Below are positions 1 through 13,631 of a stretch of DNA of 64,000 nucleotides, in pieces. The notes beneath the pieces were generated by a model, which saw only the letters and a list, made by a program, of their open reading frames with translations, searched no databases and was not told the DNA's origin. Made by a program: the position numbers and the translations under genes. Positions within the stretch are counted from its first letter, which is position 1, and each line of letters begins with the position of its first letter. The stretch spans positions 39,031,880 to 39,095,879 of the forward strand of contig NC_068991.1 in NCBI RefSeq assembly GCF_001194135.2, given 5' to 3'. Source of the stretch: Octopus bimaculoides. Taxonomy: Eukaryota.

Positions 1-573
1 TTTTTTTTTTTTACCCAGATACAATGAATCTATAAATCATATCCAATGCATATCTTTCTAGCTGAAGGGGGATTTTGGCTGCTCTTTCTGGTAGGTCAAC
101 TGATTAGGTAGAGGCATGGTAGATCTTTTTGTGATGTATTTAAGAAGTTCAATTATCTCAGTTCACTTAAGTCACAAAGATGAAACAGATCTTCAGTGAA
201 TGTTCTCATTGGTCAATCTCATCTCCAAAGTAGTATAGTGGTTTATCTTTCATCTGCCTCTCATACCAAGAAAGTAGGAATAAGTACCAACCTATAAAAG
301 CATTTTGGAAATTTGGATTATTATTTTTAAGTCAAAAGCATATTGATCTGCCACTAAAATGTCAATATTTCTCAAGAACTATACCACCACAAAACACAAT
401 CCAGACTTAATAATTCACCAAACTACTAAAACAGGCACCAGAGAAGGGTTATGATATACTATATGTCCAATAGCATTGAAGTTACCCAATACTTAAATAC
501 AGAAATCACTAAAACTCATGTTCATACAAACAAATATTAATCTGGGAGAAATCTGCAATAATTAAAAACTTAC

Positions 574-690
574 CATCTGAGATTTTGTGTGATGAAGAGG
601 ATGGAGAAGTGTTTTTTACTTGGTCAGTCTCTTTGGACATGACTGAATTAGCTGACTGTAAGGCTCTGCTTCTGTTTTTTTCTAAGTGCT
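574..690 (-). CDS. ZFAND3: ZFAND3-like coding exon 3 (117 nt; E-HLEKNRSRALQSANSVMSKETDQVKNTSPSSSSHKISD-G)
   Basis: tttcttcttcag acceptor, gtaagt donor, open frame, phase 1 to 1. The join with exon 2 gives CSKCYKEHLEK, a typical A20 helix. Linker and AN1 exons would lie left of the window. Confidence 0.8.
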
Positions 691-745
691 CTGAAGAAGA
701 AATACATAAATTAGTACCAACACACACACATTATCTAATATAAAT

Positions 746-779
<34 letters not shown>

Positions 780-1038
780 TATAAACATACATATATGTAC
801 ATAATTACATTATATATATATATATATATAGGTACAGGACATCACAAAACGTAAACAACATGAAATATGAAGACAAACTTGGGTATGTGAACAGTGATTC
901 ATTTGGTTTGTTATATGTCTCCACTGTCCTGTTTTTGTTACCAACTTTGACCCTCTGCAAATCCCAAATTTTATTTTGGTTCACGGGAGCAACTGCCTTT
1001 CGAAGCCTTGTTTTTTGTGTTACTTGTCTCGTTTTCCA

Positions 1039-1455
1039 NNNNNNNNNNNNNNNNNNNNNNNNNNNNNNNNNNNNNNNNNNNNNNNNNNNNNNNNNNNNNN
1101 NNNNNNNNNNNNNNNNNNNNNNNNNNNNNNNNNNNNNNNNNNNNNNNNNNNNNNNNNNNNNNNNNNNNNNNNNNNNNNNNNNNNNNNNNNNNNNNNNNNN
1201 NNNNNNNNNNNNNNNNNNNNNNNNNNNNNNNNNNNNNNNNNNNNNNNNNNNNNNNNNNNNNNNNNNNNNNNNNNNNNNNNNNNNNNNNNNNNNNNNNNNN
1301 NNNNNNNNNNNNNNNNNNNNNNNNNNNNNNNNNNNNNNNNNNNNNNNNNNNNNNNNNNNNNNNNNNNNNNNNNNNNNNNNNNNNNNNNNNNNNNNNNNNN
1401 NNNNNNNNNNNNNNNNNNNNNNNNNNNNNNNNNNNNNNNNNNNNNNNNNNNNNNN
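1039..1455. other. Assembly gap; other gaps at 33032-33131, 33585-34185, 38060-38121, 43576-44048
   Basis: N-runs, each abutting (TA)n or (TG)n. Additional exons could be hidden inside them. Confidence 0.99.
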
Positions 1456-1489
<34 letters not shown>

Positions 1490-2877
1490 GGTACAAAAGC
1501 ATATGCTTAGGATTCAAATGCATACAAAAAGATTCATGTCATCAGTTTAACATCCTATCACATGGATGTCTTTCCTGTCACAGATCGTCAACCATTTCTA
1601 AGTAATATTTCCCATGGCCAGATATGTTCTCCAGGAGATTGAAATCATAGAGCACTGCATGTATGAAGGGGACACTCATTTAAAAACTATCACATGATAT
1701 CAAGACAACACTAACACACATATGTATCCTTTGGCATTGTCTCTACAGCATCCAGCTGTAGAAATCACAGAAAAGGAGACATTGAAGCCCAATGCAGTTC
1801 TCAAACTCATCAGATCCTGTTGAACCTTCCAACCCCTGCCAGCATGAATGACAGTTGATAATATATGATCCAGCCTATACCAACATAAAAAGCAGAAGCA
1901 AAATTTTATATATATACTAGACTACCTGTGACCTGTTGGGTCACCAGGAAAGTGAGTTTCTCAGCAATGGAGTTTTGTTTCATAGGTTTTTTCGCATTGA
2001 ATTGATGTATAAATGGTTCCTTCCCCAAGAAAAGGAAAGATTCGGCTGCTATTTCTTGCATGCCCTGCTAACACGTAACAGCTATTTTGGGTCCTTTATT
2101 GCAAATAGCTGTTATATGTAGCAGGGTGTGCTAGAAATAGCAGACAAATCTTTGGAAGTGAGATACGTTGAATGCATTCAAAAGAAACCTATAGAAAAAA
2201 CTATTTCACACCAAGGTTACAAACGGGTCTTTTACAAAATATATACTGTATTTTTGAAGTCATTTTCACTTAAAAATATTTGCCCATCATAAAGTGTCTA
2301 ATGGGAAGGTTAGAGTTTCTTCCCTTTCAGGATTAAGTCATTTTCAGAGTATTTTCCCATTATGCACCGTTTTGGGTATTTATACCCCAAAACCCCGAAT
2401 ATCTCAATAGGCATTGGTCCGATTTATGCTAAACTTGTTTTATTCTGTTTATATTCACATTTCAGGGGCACTTTACTCTCAGAGTATTTTTCCCATTATG
2501 CATCAGTTTAGCTGTGTAACAATGCAAGCAAGCAAGGTTGAACTTCATTTTTAATCTATTATAGATATACGAATTTCATTATGCTCAAATAATGCTTTAT
2601 TCTGAAGCATATTTATATTGAGTTCTAACACCAAGTTATTAGAATCGCTATGCGAAAGCCAAATTTTTATATACCTCAATAAAATGTAAAAGAAGCAGAA
2701 GCAGCCTGAGTATTACCTTAAAATAAGAGACAATAAAAGATATACATACACTAACTGATACATACATATCTAATAGGGAACCTATGCACACAAAGAAACA
2801 CAGCCAAAGCATGTGAAAACAGACATAATACAAGTACACATTCCAAGACACACACAAAATGAATGTGCATAATACCA

Positions 2878-4745
2878 TCATCATCGTTTAACATCTGCTT
2901 TCCATGCTGGCATGGGTTGGTCGATATGACTGAGGACTGGTGAGCCAGGAGGCTGCACTAGGATCCAATCTGACCTGACAAGGTTTCTACAGCTGATGCC
3001 CTTCCTTATGCCAACCACTCTAAGTATAGTGGGTGCCTTTTACGTGCCACTTGCATGAGGGGCAGTCAGATAGTACTGGCATCGACCACGCCTGAATGGT
3101 TCTTTTTATGTGCCACTGTCACGGGAGCTAGTTAGGCAACACTGACCTCGATCACATCCATATGGTGCATTTTACATGCTACCGGCACGGGAGCCAGTCC
3201 AGTGAGACTGGTATCAGCTATGACAAAGATTTCATTCAACTCAAAAGGTCTTTTCAATCACAGTATATTGCCCAATGATTGAAGGGTACTCTTAAATGGG
3301 CCAGTTATGCGACACTGGCATAATCCACAATTATGGTCTCACTTGGCTTGCCGGGTCTTCTCAAACACAGCATATCTCCAAAGGTCTTGGTTGCTTGTCA
3401 TTGCCTTCTTGAGGCCCAATATTCAAAGGTCATGTTTCATCACATCATCCCAGGTCCTTCTGGGTCTACCTCTTCCACAGGTTCCTACCACTGTTAGGGT
3501 GTGACACTTTTTCGAACAGCTGTTCTCATCCATAGGAAATACATGACCATACCAGCGCAGTCATCTCTCTTGCAAACCACATCTGATGCTTCTTATGTCC
3601 AACTTTTCTCTCAGGGCGCTTACATTGTTGTGTATGCACACTGACATTACACATCCACCGGAGCATACTAGCTTCATTTCTTCCAAGCTTATGCATATCC
3701 TCAGCAGTCACAGCCCATATTTCACTGCTGTGTAGCATGGGTGTTGGCACACATGCATCATACAGTCTACATTTCACTCTGAGTGAGAACCCTTTTGTTA
3801 CCAGTAGAGGTAGGAGCTCTCAGAACCTTGCCCGGGATATTCTTATTCTAGCAGCTACTCTCAGAACATCCACCCCTGCTACTGACTTGGTCACCTAGAT
3901 AATGGAAGCTATCAACTACTTTTAGCTTCCCCCACCTTGACATGTGACGGAGGCTGTTTTCTGCACATTTTCAGTGTTTATTGCTCCTGTACATTTGCCA
4001 CACACAAAAACTAACTTCCCAGTTAGCCTTCCTTTGATATTGCTGCACCTCTTATGTGTCCATAGGTTACACTGGATACATCTTATAGAGTTTCTACCTA
4101 CACTTTTTCTACAGATTGAGAAGGGCCATCTACTTGAAGGGATTTGTGATTTGTCTGCCTTCCTACTTACTAAGACTTTGGTTTTTGCTAGATTCTAAGG
4201 CCCTTCAATTCTAGACCTTGTTTCCACACCTGAAACATCTAGTTCTGATAGTGACTCAGCTATTAGAGGAATGTCATCCTGTCTTGAATTCCTGTTATTG
4301 CCTGGAGGACTATAATGAATAAGAGGGGGCTGAGGATAGATCCTTAGTGGACCCCTACTTCTACATGGAATTCTTCACTATACTTGTACAGCTCTCACTA
4401 ACCACTCATCTATCCTTAATTTCAGCATTGACCACCAGATAAGGGATTGGGGGACCTTGTCAAAGGCTTTCTCCATGTCAACAAGAGTCAAGTACAGAGG
4501 TGTATCTTTGGCTAGGAATTTTTCCTGCAGCTTTCTTACCAGAAATATAGCATCAAAGGTGCTTCTACCTGGCACAAATACAAACTGCATCTCGTCTAAA
4601 CTAACTCTCTCTAATCAGTTAGGCTATGACCCTCTCCATGACTTTCATCACCTTATCCAACAACTTGATACCTCTGTAATTATTCATATTTAATGCATCA
4701 CCTTTACCTTTGTAGCAGTTGACTATGGTGCTGCTACACCAGTCA
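2878..4745 (-). mobile_element. RTE-clade LINE, 5'-truncated and decayed
   Basis: RT segment MQFVFVPGRSTFDAIFLVRKLQEKFLAK...VDMEKAFDKVP, C-terminal segment LHSSEIWAVTAEDMHKLGRNEASMLRWMCNV, and the family 3' tail ending in (GAT)n at about 2880. Confidence 0.9.
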
Positions 4746-5061
4746 TCGTATCACATGATTGACTATAAGTTATCAGTCAGCAATTGAAGAATCTTAGTGA
4801 TATGTAACAACTACATATACATGTTATATGTACAGTGTGCGTGCATGTGTACGCATGCATACGTGCATATGAGATGGAGAGAAAGTGTTTGTGTGTTTAT
4901 CATTTCCTTTCATAGTGGGTTAATGAAAGGCAGAAAAAATTACAAGTGAAAAATGCATCTCTTACAAATAATTTACAAACACATCCCTAGGATGACCAAC
5001 ACATTTTGAGTGAAATTTGCTAGATGTAAACTGAAAGGGCTCAACTATGTGTGTATATTTA

Positions 5062-5115
<54 letters not shown>

Positions 5116-5689
5116 ACACTGCTGAACAACTGCTGCTGTTTGTCCCATAACTTGTTTGGGGCTGATGGGATCAACTGAAGCTTTGAATGTAGTACTCTAG
5201 AGTGACTAGTTTAGTTACTGAAATAAATATATTCTGAAAGGATTAAAACATATCAACCCAAGTGGAATTTGAACTGTAAAAGGAAAATGTTATTTCAAAT
5301 GCTTGGTAACCTATTCAGATCCCCACCCCCCCACACACACACTATATTTTCGTTTGCAGATTAAGTACAAGATTGTTATATTCTAATAAACATATAGCTA
5401 AAGATTAGTGTATTGCAGGAATATACACAAAAAAGGGCACCAGTCTGACAAATAAACCATTGTTAATAAACTACTAAGTACATGTTAAAGTGTGTGGCCT
5501 AGTTGTTTGAGTATTAAGCTCTCAATCATTAGATCATTGGGTCAATTCTTGAACTTAATAGCACATTGTATCTGAACATGGCATACCATTTTGCATTGTT
5601 TCAGTCCATTCAGCTGAAAATTTACTCGGACCTCCTTCGGTCAGAGGTGACCATGGGTAGTATCCTTGCTGTTTTCAGCTCAGCTGGAG

Positions 5690-6035
5690 TAGCATCTCCA
5701 GTGGCTAAACAGACTTATACATGAATGACAGTGTTGAAGTTACTGTGCTACTTTGTCTGCTGCTGTGCTCATTAATCTCTTTTCTCCATGTTGGCCATTC
5801 AGCTGCAAGACTCTCCAAGGGCCTTCAAATCTCATTCTACAACATACAAGTATTACAGCTGAGGTCAATCGATGGCTCTTCTTTCAGATGCCAGCTCCCC
5901 ATAGAGAATATCCTTTGGAATGCAGCCATCCTTCATGCAGTGCAGTCTGCAGTGTCGAAGCAGGGTAACCATACTGGGAAGGCTTGCATGATACAAGACC
6001 TCAATGTTGGATACTGTGTTGCCAGGAAAATAAGT
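5690..6035 (-). mobile_element. Second RTE-type (BovB-like) LINE 3' ORF fragment
   Basis: Reverse strand reads DGCIPKDILYGELASERRAID*PQL, resembling the RTE C-terminal PKxILYGEL motif. Confidence 0.65.
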
Positions 6036-6751
6036 ACAAGTGAAAGCTGAGGAGTAAACCTAGCTAAGGACTGGTATGTCTGAAGTGTAGGAAACAGACT
6101 AATTTCATGAGTATTTTAATTTTATTTTATTCTTGTTTACCAAGGAAGAAAGTAGCACCAATAGGTAATGTTAATATTGCTAAATCTTTAATTTGAACTT
6201 TAAGTATTATGGAAAATGATTAGAACAGGATCTGATATATGCCAGTAGTGATCATTTGAAATAGAAATAAGCAAAACAAGTGAGTTACTACATTGTGTGT
6301 GTGGGTAGAGGGAGAGAGAGAAAGGTGGGGATGCTTTGATGGCGAGGAACTGGCTGAGGAGTATTCATAAGTGAAGGCAGTTTTGTGAATGTCAATGGCA
6401 ACATTCTTATAGTAGTGTGACACTCAAGTGTTGAGTTGAGCTTGTTTAAAGGGGTCAGTGATTGGGATTATGATTTTATTGGTTCAACCTTGATGACTAC
6501 TATCACATGGTATACACATGACAACAATAAGAGATTTTAAGGTTTTTATGCATATTTTCACTGTTTAGTAAGAATGTCTGCAAAGAAGTGCTAAAATTTC
6601 TATAGAATGAGATTCAATCCAAGTATTTTAAAATGTAAATGTACACCCAGCTGTAGAGAGTAGGTGACTTTTTCTAGGTGTTGCAAGCTAGGTGCAGCTG
6701 CATGAATGGCTGCAATATAGCTTTTAGCAAACCACTTGGGGGTTTGCCAGG

Positions 6752-6915
6752 TTAACCCTTTGGCATTCAGATTACTGTCAAATGTTATGCTTATTTTTTC
6801 ACATTGTTTAAAATCAATCATTCATTATATTGTAGCTTCAAGATTTTGATGATGTAATTGTTTATTTTTAGAATAACATTGTAGGATAAGTGTGAGAGGC
6901 TGGATTTGATCAGTT
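6752..6915 (+). mobile_element. MITE-like repeat starting TTAA-CCCTTT (piggyBac-like end); reverse copies at about 27130-27350 and 52370-52586
   Basis: Three similar copies in the window. TTAA followed by CCC resembles piggyBac termini. Confidence 0.55.
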
Positions 6916-9854
6916 AGACTATTTGGTGCAATCAGGCATGTAGAGGAGCAAGTCAAGAATTATAGTGTTAGTTGTAGTTAATCCCAAGTTAAACTATCAG
7001 CAAACTAATTTATAATGAAAGGTGTTCACACCATGCTCATTCTGCCTTTTTAGGTCCATAAAATGCATTAGATAAGGTATCTTAGATATGCTTAGACAAA
7101 ATGAAACCAATAGCTAGATAGAGAGAAGCTAGTGTGACAGAGATAAATATGATAGAGAAATATGATTGAAAGAGAAACAAATATGATAAAGTTATGTTCT
7201 CTTGATAGAAAGGAGAATGATAATGTATTTGATATACAGGTATGGACGCCACTATTTGGCAAGGAATTTACAAATGAGTGCATGTAACCTAGGTACTTTA
7301 ACTAGATCAAAGATAGTAGGTGGGTGTAAAATGTCAGTGAAAAGAGAATGTGTGTCAGTAGTAAGTGATGGGTGTGGTCAAAGTTAGAACTTGAGAGATT
7401 TCATGTCAAGTGTTATTTATGAGAAATAGAATGGGGAGTAATATATGTTCATTGATTAAGCAATGTACTTTAGTACCAATGAAATTGTCCATTTAAGTAT
7501 ACAGTATATAAATGTATAACATACACTAGCCATCACAATCTTAAAGAAGCCTCTATGTGATCAATCAGCTTGCTAGAACTAGCAGCCAAATTTCACTCAA
7601 ATTATACCTTGTGTTTTTAAAGTTAAAAGGACACTATATGCTTGATTTGTTAAGTCAGGGTTGACCAGGAGTTACACGAGACAGCGAGTGCCTTAACTCA
7701 TTGGGGTTATTGGGCACTAATGAAAATCCAACTTTAGTGAATTTAGAATGAGTCAACATACCCAGAGTTCATCATCTGACCTTTACCTCTGGAAGAGGTT
7801 TAGCCCAAGTCAATTACACAGCACTTCCACTGTTTACAGTAATAAAAGACCATTGCTAGTTAACAAGTGACTTGCCATGGACAGTGTCTCACATCTGACA
7901 TTACAAACCTTTGACTATTCTTTCAACTGCTATGTGATACTACAGTGTGTGTACATGAGTAAAAGCAGGCCACAGGTATATTTGATTAAGTGATCTTTCA
8001 CTCTTTTGTTCTCTATCACTCTCATAAACAATTTCTACAAACCAACCCCTTAATCCTTCATAGTCAAAAAGCCACATTTTATAACATTTAGATGTTACTA
8101 TCTTATCCCTCACATGCATTCTATTAGGGACATATGGCATTACCAGCAACTATTATAATACCAAATCTACCTTAATAAATAAATGGCAGCTAAGAAATTA
8201 TTTCAACTTTGTTACTTGTTCACTAGATTTCCTTCTCAAACATTCTCATGATGCTTGCCACACATATGCACGCACTTCACAATGTTTTTGAACTGTATAT
8301 TATGCTCGATCATAAGCTAAAGGAAGTTATTTACCGTTCTGACTTTCAGATACCAGCAAGGCACTTAGAAATATTCTCAAAAATATTTTGTGCATACATT
8401 GTCAATTTACTTAATAACATAAAATATTTTATACCTTGTTTCTCAGTGTGTTGTGTATAAAGTAAGTTCAAGAGAAGATTGAAAAAAAAAACAAAAAAAA
8501 CTAATGCTAAATAAGACTAATGGCAATCCTATTAATTTCCTACCCCCACCCACCCAACCAGACTGGTTTTGACTGACAGACCTAATTACAATGACCTCTT
8601 GTGATACCAAAAATAAACATTGCCAAGCTAATATCTTATAAGAGAAAAAAATAAAACCAGTTCAAATTATTTTGTCAATCAGCAATATATCTAGTTCCAT
8701 GAAGTAAGTGAAATCCAAACAAAAGTATGGCATTTTTTTGTAATTAGGTAAGTTCTCGGAGACAAGTAAATATTGTCTAGAGACAACACAATCCCACCTT
8801 CACTGAAACTGTGCTGTTTTATTCCACTCACAAAAGCTTCCAGCAAGCCAAGTCACACATCTGTTTTTTTTTTCTTTCACAGAATGCTATTTAACCAAAA
8901 AATAAAGATTAAAATAGCTGAAACAGCTATAAGATATTAATTTAAGTATGAAGCCATAGAAATAGTAATATAAGAGGAGGCATGAGATGAAGTGCTGGCT
9001 TATTTTGCTCCCAAAGTAACTTAGCAAAGAAAATAAAGTACTTCAAGCTGGATATTTGGTTGGTGATGAAAAAAGTGTTGTAGAAGGTATGGTAACTCTG
9101 AGATCATATGATGTTAGCATCACAGCAGAGGACTTGAATAAAAAAAGAATGGTGATATGTAACAACTGTAAACCAATCCAACTGATAGCATTAATGATGA
9201 TGATGATGATGATGGTCACAAACTTCTATAGAGAGAGAAGTTACTGCATCACAGGCATGAAGTATAGGCAAATATAGCTGTATCACAATTAGAGCTTAGT
9301 ACAAGACCTGCCTAAGGTAAGTAATTCGAAGAAAAAAAAAAGCTTGATCCAGGTGCCCAATATCTGGCATTTTAAATTTATCTTCACAAACGCGAGTAGT
9401 TGTTTAAACAGTTTTACAAAGTAAACTATCATAAGAATTGTCTTACCACAAACTTAGAACAATGCTCAGAAAGGCTTATCTACATCACAAGAGATTGTTG
9501 TAAGAAGTCAAAAGAGCAACACTTCTCAAGTACCCTACAATCAATTACTAATTAATCCTCCTATCTTTTAAAATGGTCCCCTACTCTATGTATTACAATT
9601 TATAAAAAAGATAAAACACTAAAGGGTACCATTTTAAAATGCTGAATTAAATATTAAATTGGCAACCTACTCAAGATGATGACCGAGTGACAGTTTATTT
9701 AGTAGAAAATAAAATCTAAGGCTCAGAACAGTTAAAACAAATAACTAGTAATCATATAGAGAGGTTGCTTGCACCATGTTTAATGCCTTGTTGCTTTTTA
9801 ATAATACTGTCTCATCCCAATGTTTTTCTTAACCCTCAATCATATTCTAAAGGT

Positions 9855-10170
9855 GAATATTGCATATGATCCATTGCTTCATTGCTGTAAGCTTGCCGAA
9901 GCATGCTCAATGTTTCTGTAGCAAACCTCCCAAGTTAAATGCAAAATTTCATGTTGGATCTTTGTTCCAACTTCCTGTCTATGACAAAATCACAGATTAC
10001 AGCTTACACATGATCACAAAAATTTAATAAGTTGCAAAATAAACACAGCGATGTCAATTGGCACACTGCCCCATGAAGGTCACTGCTAGCTCTCACTGTG
10101 CATGCAACTGTGTGCTGTCAGCTGTTGGCACGCTACAGAACTAGTCTGGGAACTTTTTGATACCACCTCA
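9855..10170 (-). mobile_element. Mariner 5' fragment
   Basis: TIR-like tgaggtggtatcaaaaagttccc at the right end. Reverse strand reads DRKLEQRSNMKFCI*LGRFATETLSMLRQAY, the mariner N-terminus. Confidence 0.75.
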
Positions 10171-13100
10171 AACAGTCAAAAACGTAACCATCCAGCATCA
10201 ACACTTTTTCAGTTACTTTCATACCATAAGGTCTGCTTGACCAAGGGTGAGTGGTCTTAAACAATCCTCAATACATTCATCTCTCAGAAATAGGAAGCGT
10301 AAGTCATTCAATCCTTTCAAGTTAATGGGTTCAGCCCCATACTTTGCCCTTAATAAAGGAGTGGAAATGTTTGAAATTCTATTGAATTAATGTCAAGCTT
10401 TTCATTGTAGTCAAATTCCAACCCTTAATCTTCATTCAGATTTTTTTGTTATTTTTTTTTTTTTTTTTTTTTTTTTTTTGGTGTAATTGTATTACAGTGA
10501 TTTCAAATTTTTATAAACAAAAATTTAAGCAATGTTATAGAAATGACACTTTAAAGAGCTTGTATGGAAGGGGTTAATAGCTTGCTACAGATGTGGCAGA
10601 AAAACCAAGCTTGCAAATTAATGTCCTAAACGTGTAAACACTAGAAAATGAATCTCAAGTAAGCTTTACATGTCTCTTCACTACTTTATGATTTAAAAAG
10701 ATCTTTATATCACTTTGTTCTTCAACAAAGCCATGCGATTTACAATTATCAAAACAAAGATAACATTTACAAGGAACCTAAATTTTTACCTGCTCTAGAA
10801 TGATATCAACACAAAGAGATGGACAGAGAGTTTGCAAGACAGAGCGTGAGAGAGAGACAGACAGAGCGAGAGAGAGAGAGAGATAGAGTTTGCAAGAGAG
10901 TGTGCGCGAGAGAGTGTCTTATATTTTACTTGTTTCAGTCATTTGACTGTGACCATGTTGCAGTACCACTTCAAAAGGTCTTGAGGTGAACAACCCCAGG
11001 GTTCATCTTTTGAAGCTCAGTGGGTTGGCGAAGGAGACCAATAGAAGTTCTATGTTATGAGGACGTAAACACACTAAAACTGGTCGTCAAGCTGCAGCGG
11101 TTGACAAATACAAATTTCCACACACACACAATGAGCATCCTTCAGTTTCAATCAGCAAAATCCACTTGCAAGCTTTTGGTCAGCCCAAAGATATAGAAGA
11201 CACTTGGCCAAAGTATTACACAGTGGGATTGAACCCAGAACTCTGTGGTTGGGAAGCAAGCTTCTTACCACACAGCCACACCTGTGTGTGTGCGCGCGCG
11301 CACACACACACACACACACGTATGTTGTGTGCTGCACATTATACAATATTAAAAATTTTTTTTAATGTAAGATCATTAATTTTGCACTTTTATCAGCTTC
11401 AATATTTCTAATATGTCTTTAAGTATAAATATTCTAATTTTGTCATCTTACATTCTCAAAATTAAATGTGAAGTACATTCTGAAAGGTACACATGTATGT
11501 AAGCTAACATTAGCATACACAAATAACAAATCCACTGAGTTTAACAATCACAAAAAATGCTACAAACTTTACGTTTCTTTCATATACACTCTACTAAACC
11601 AAAACTAGCTGGGGATTACTGCTCTAGGTGCAATCATACAAAAATTATATTTATTCAGTCCATAAATGCAGTGGACTTAATTGTCTGACCTTTCATGGTC
11701 AGAAGTATCAATCCATTGATTAGTTTGTATTAGATTCAAGTGGCAGTGATGAGGTTGGAGTTACGACACTCAAGCTTTACTTAAAGAGTGTTACAATACA
11801 TGAAAAGAGCTACAACAGGAATTAGTCCCCAAGTAACGAACTGTGCATCAATAATTTACCACCAACACAGTATGGTACTCAACAATACCATACTAATGTG
11901 CATACGCATACTCTTATGCTGTACAGTACAATGCTAGAAAAGAGATGACCAAGAGACATTTTACTCAGTATGAATGATAAAGCACCATCATTATTATTTA
12001 GTATCAGTTTCCTATGCTGGCATGGTTAAGACGGTTTGACTGGATCAGGTAAACCAGAGACCTGCACCAGTCTGGTTTGGATTTTTACGGTTGAATGCCC
12101 TTCCTAATGCCAACCACTTTACAGAGTGTACTGGGTGTTCTTGTATCACCGATAGTGCTTCACCAATTGGGACTTTGGTGAACAGGCTTATTACATCTAG
12201 ACTCACCATCTGGTTGGATTCAATGGGGGTATCCTTGATCAATTCTGTGAAGTGGATAGTGGTGAAGCACTATCAGTGATACAAGAAAAACTAGTGACAG
12301 ACACCCGTCTAAAAGAACGCACTAGTATACCAATAAGAAACTTGGAGATGTTGACCTTCTGTGTAGAAACTACCCACTTCAGTATGGACACTGATATATA
12401 TCGACAAGAGGAGGGTTTAGCTATGGGTTCGCCATTATCACCAGTAATAGCCACTATATACATGGAATACTTTGAGAATTTGGCTTTAGGATCAACACCA
12501 CTAAAACCAACACTATGGCTATGATATGTTGATGACACCTTTATACTCTGGCCCCACCAGGAAAATGTCCAAGTGCTGTTAGATCATGTGAACTCAAATA
12601 AAGCCATCCATAGAGTTCACAATGGAAAAGGAAAAAGACAATCAGCTGGCATTCCTGGATGTATTAATAACACGCACCAAGTATGGATTCAGGACATCTG
12701 CATACTGCAAGCTGACCTTTACTGGACGATACCTCAACTTCAATTTCCACCATCCATACAGTGTAAAGAGAGGGATTGCTCAGTGCCTAAAACATCGTGC
12801 AAAGAATAAGTAGTGATCGTGAAACACACCAAAGAAATGATCAAGCTCAATAACGATCTGTTAAGCAACAACTACCCCAAAAGTATTCTATCCACTCCAA
12901 TTATGAAGAAGAAAGAGAACGAGGCCAATAAACTGTCCACAGTCTGTCTACCCTATGTGAAAGGCCTCTCGGAAAAGATATGCAGCCCATATGACATCAG
13001 GGCAGTATTCAAGAGTAATACAACACTCCACAAATATCTCTTTCGAGTAAAACCACCAATAGAAGAGAATATGACCAAAGACTGCGTGTACTCCATTCCA

Positions 13101-13440
13101 TGCAGTTGTCGTAGGTTATACAAAGGTGAAACATGCCGCCCCTTCAAAATAAAGGTAGAGGAACATCGCAAAGCTGTGACACGAGGAGATATTGATAAAT
13201 CAGGTAAAGCTGATCATGTATAGAAAAAAAATGGAGACCACCACCCCCTGTGGGATGAAGCTAAAATAATAGACAGAGAAGACCACTGGAAAATATGAAA
13301 ACTAAAAGAAGCAGCACATATGCTAGGACACAACAACCTCCTAAGCAGACCAAGTGCAGATATGAGCAGCATATGGGGACCTGTATTAATGAAGGAAAGA
13401 AAAATATTAGAATTATAAACCCTAAAATTCACTCCATAAT

Positions 13441-13522
13441 TGCCCACGGACATATGGCATAGTGGTTAAGAGCGCAGGCTACTAACCCTAAGATTCCAAG
13501 TTAGATTCCAGGCAGTGATCTG
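13441..13522 (+). other. tRNA-derived head within the PLE terminal repeat (copy 1)
   Basis: A-box TGGCATAGTGG (13455-13465), D-arm-like AGTGGTTAAG, anticodon-loop-like CTACTAA and a degenerate B-box. The same unit occurs at 53015 and 53602. Confidence 0.8.
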
Positions 13523-13585
13523 AACAATAATAATAGCATCGAAAAATAACTTAGGAATGAGAACCCAGGTTCGAAATTTCCCCAA

Positions 13586-13631
13586 GACACCTGAAGAAGG
13601 CTGGAGGGTATATCAGCCGAAACGTTGTGTT
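13586..13631 (+). ncRNA. Minimal type I hammerhead ribozyme (PLE-type variant)
   Basis: Stem I gACAC/GTGTt, core CTGAAGA plus one extra A, stem II GGCTG/CAGCC, GAAA, loopless palindromic stem III (ACGT), GUU triplet at 13624-13626. Confidence 0.8.

Noticed and set aside
860-1605. Long ORFs over N-runs (also 33.0-34.3, 38.0-38.3 and 43.5-44.1 kb)
   Set aside because: Artefacts of translating assembly gaps and (TA)n.
13441-13522. Functional tRNA gene (Ser-like loop), also at 53015 and 53602
   Set aside because: No proper acceptor stem, variable anticodon (ACT/GCT), decayed B-boxes and no oligo-T terminator. It is embedded in a repeat unit.
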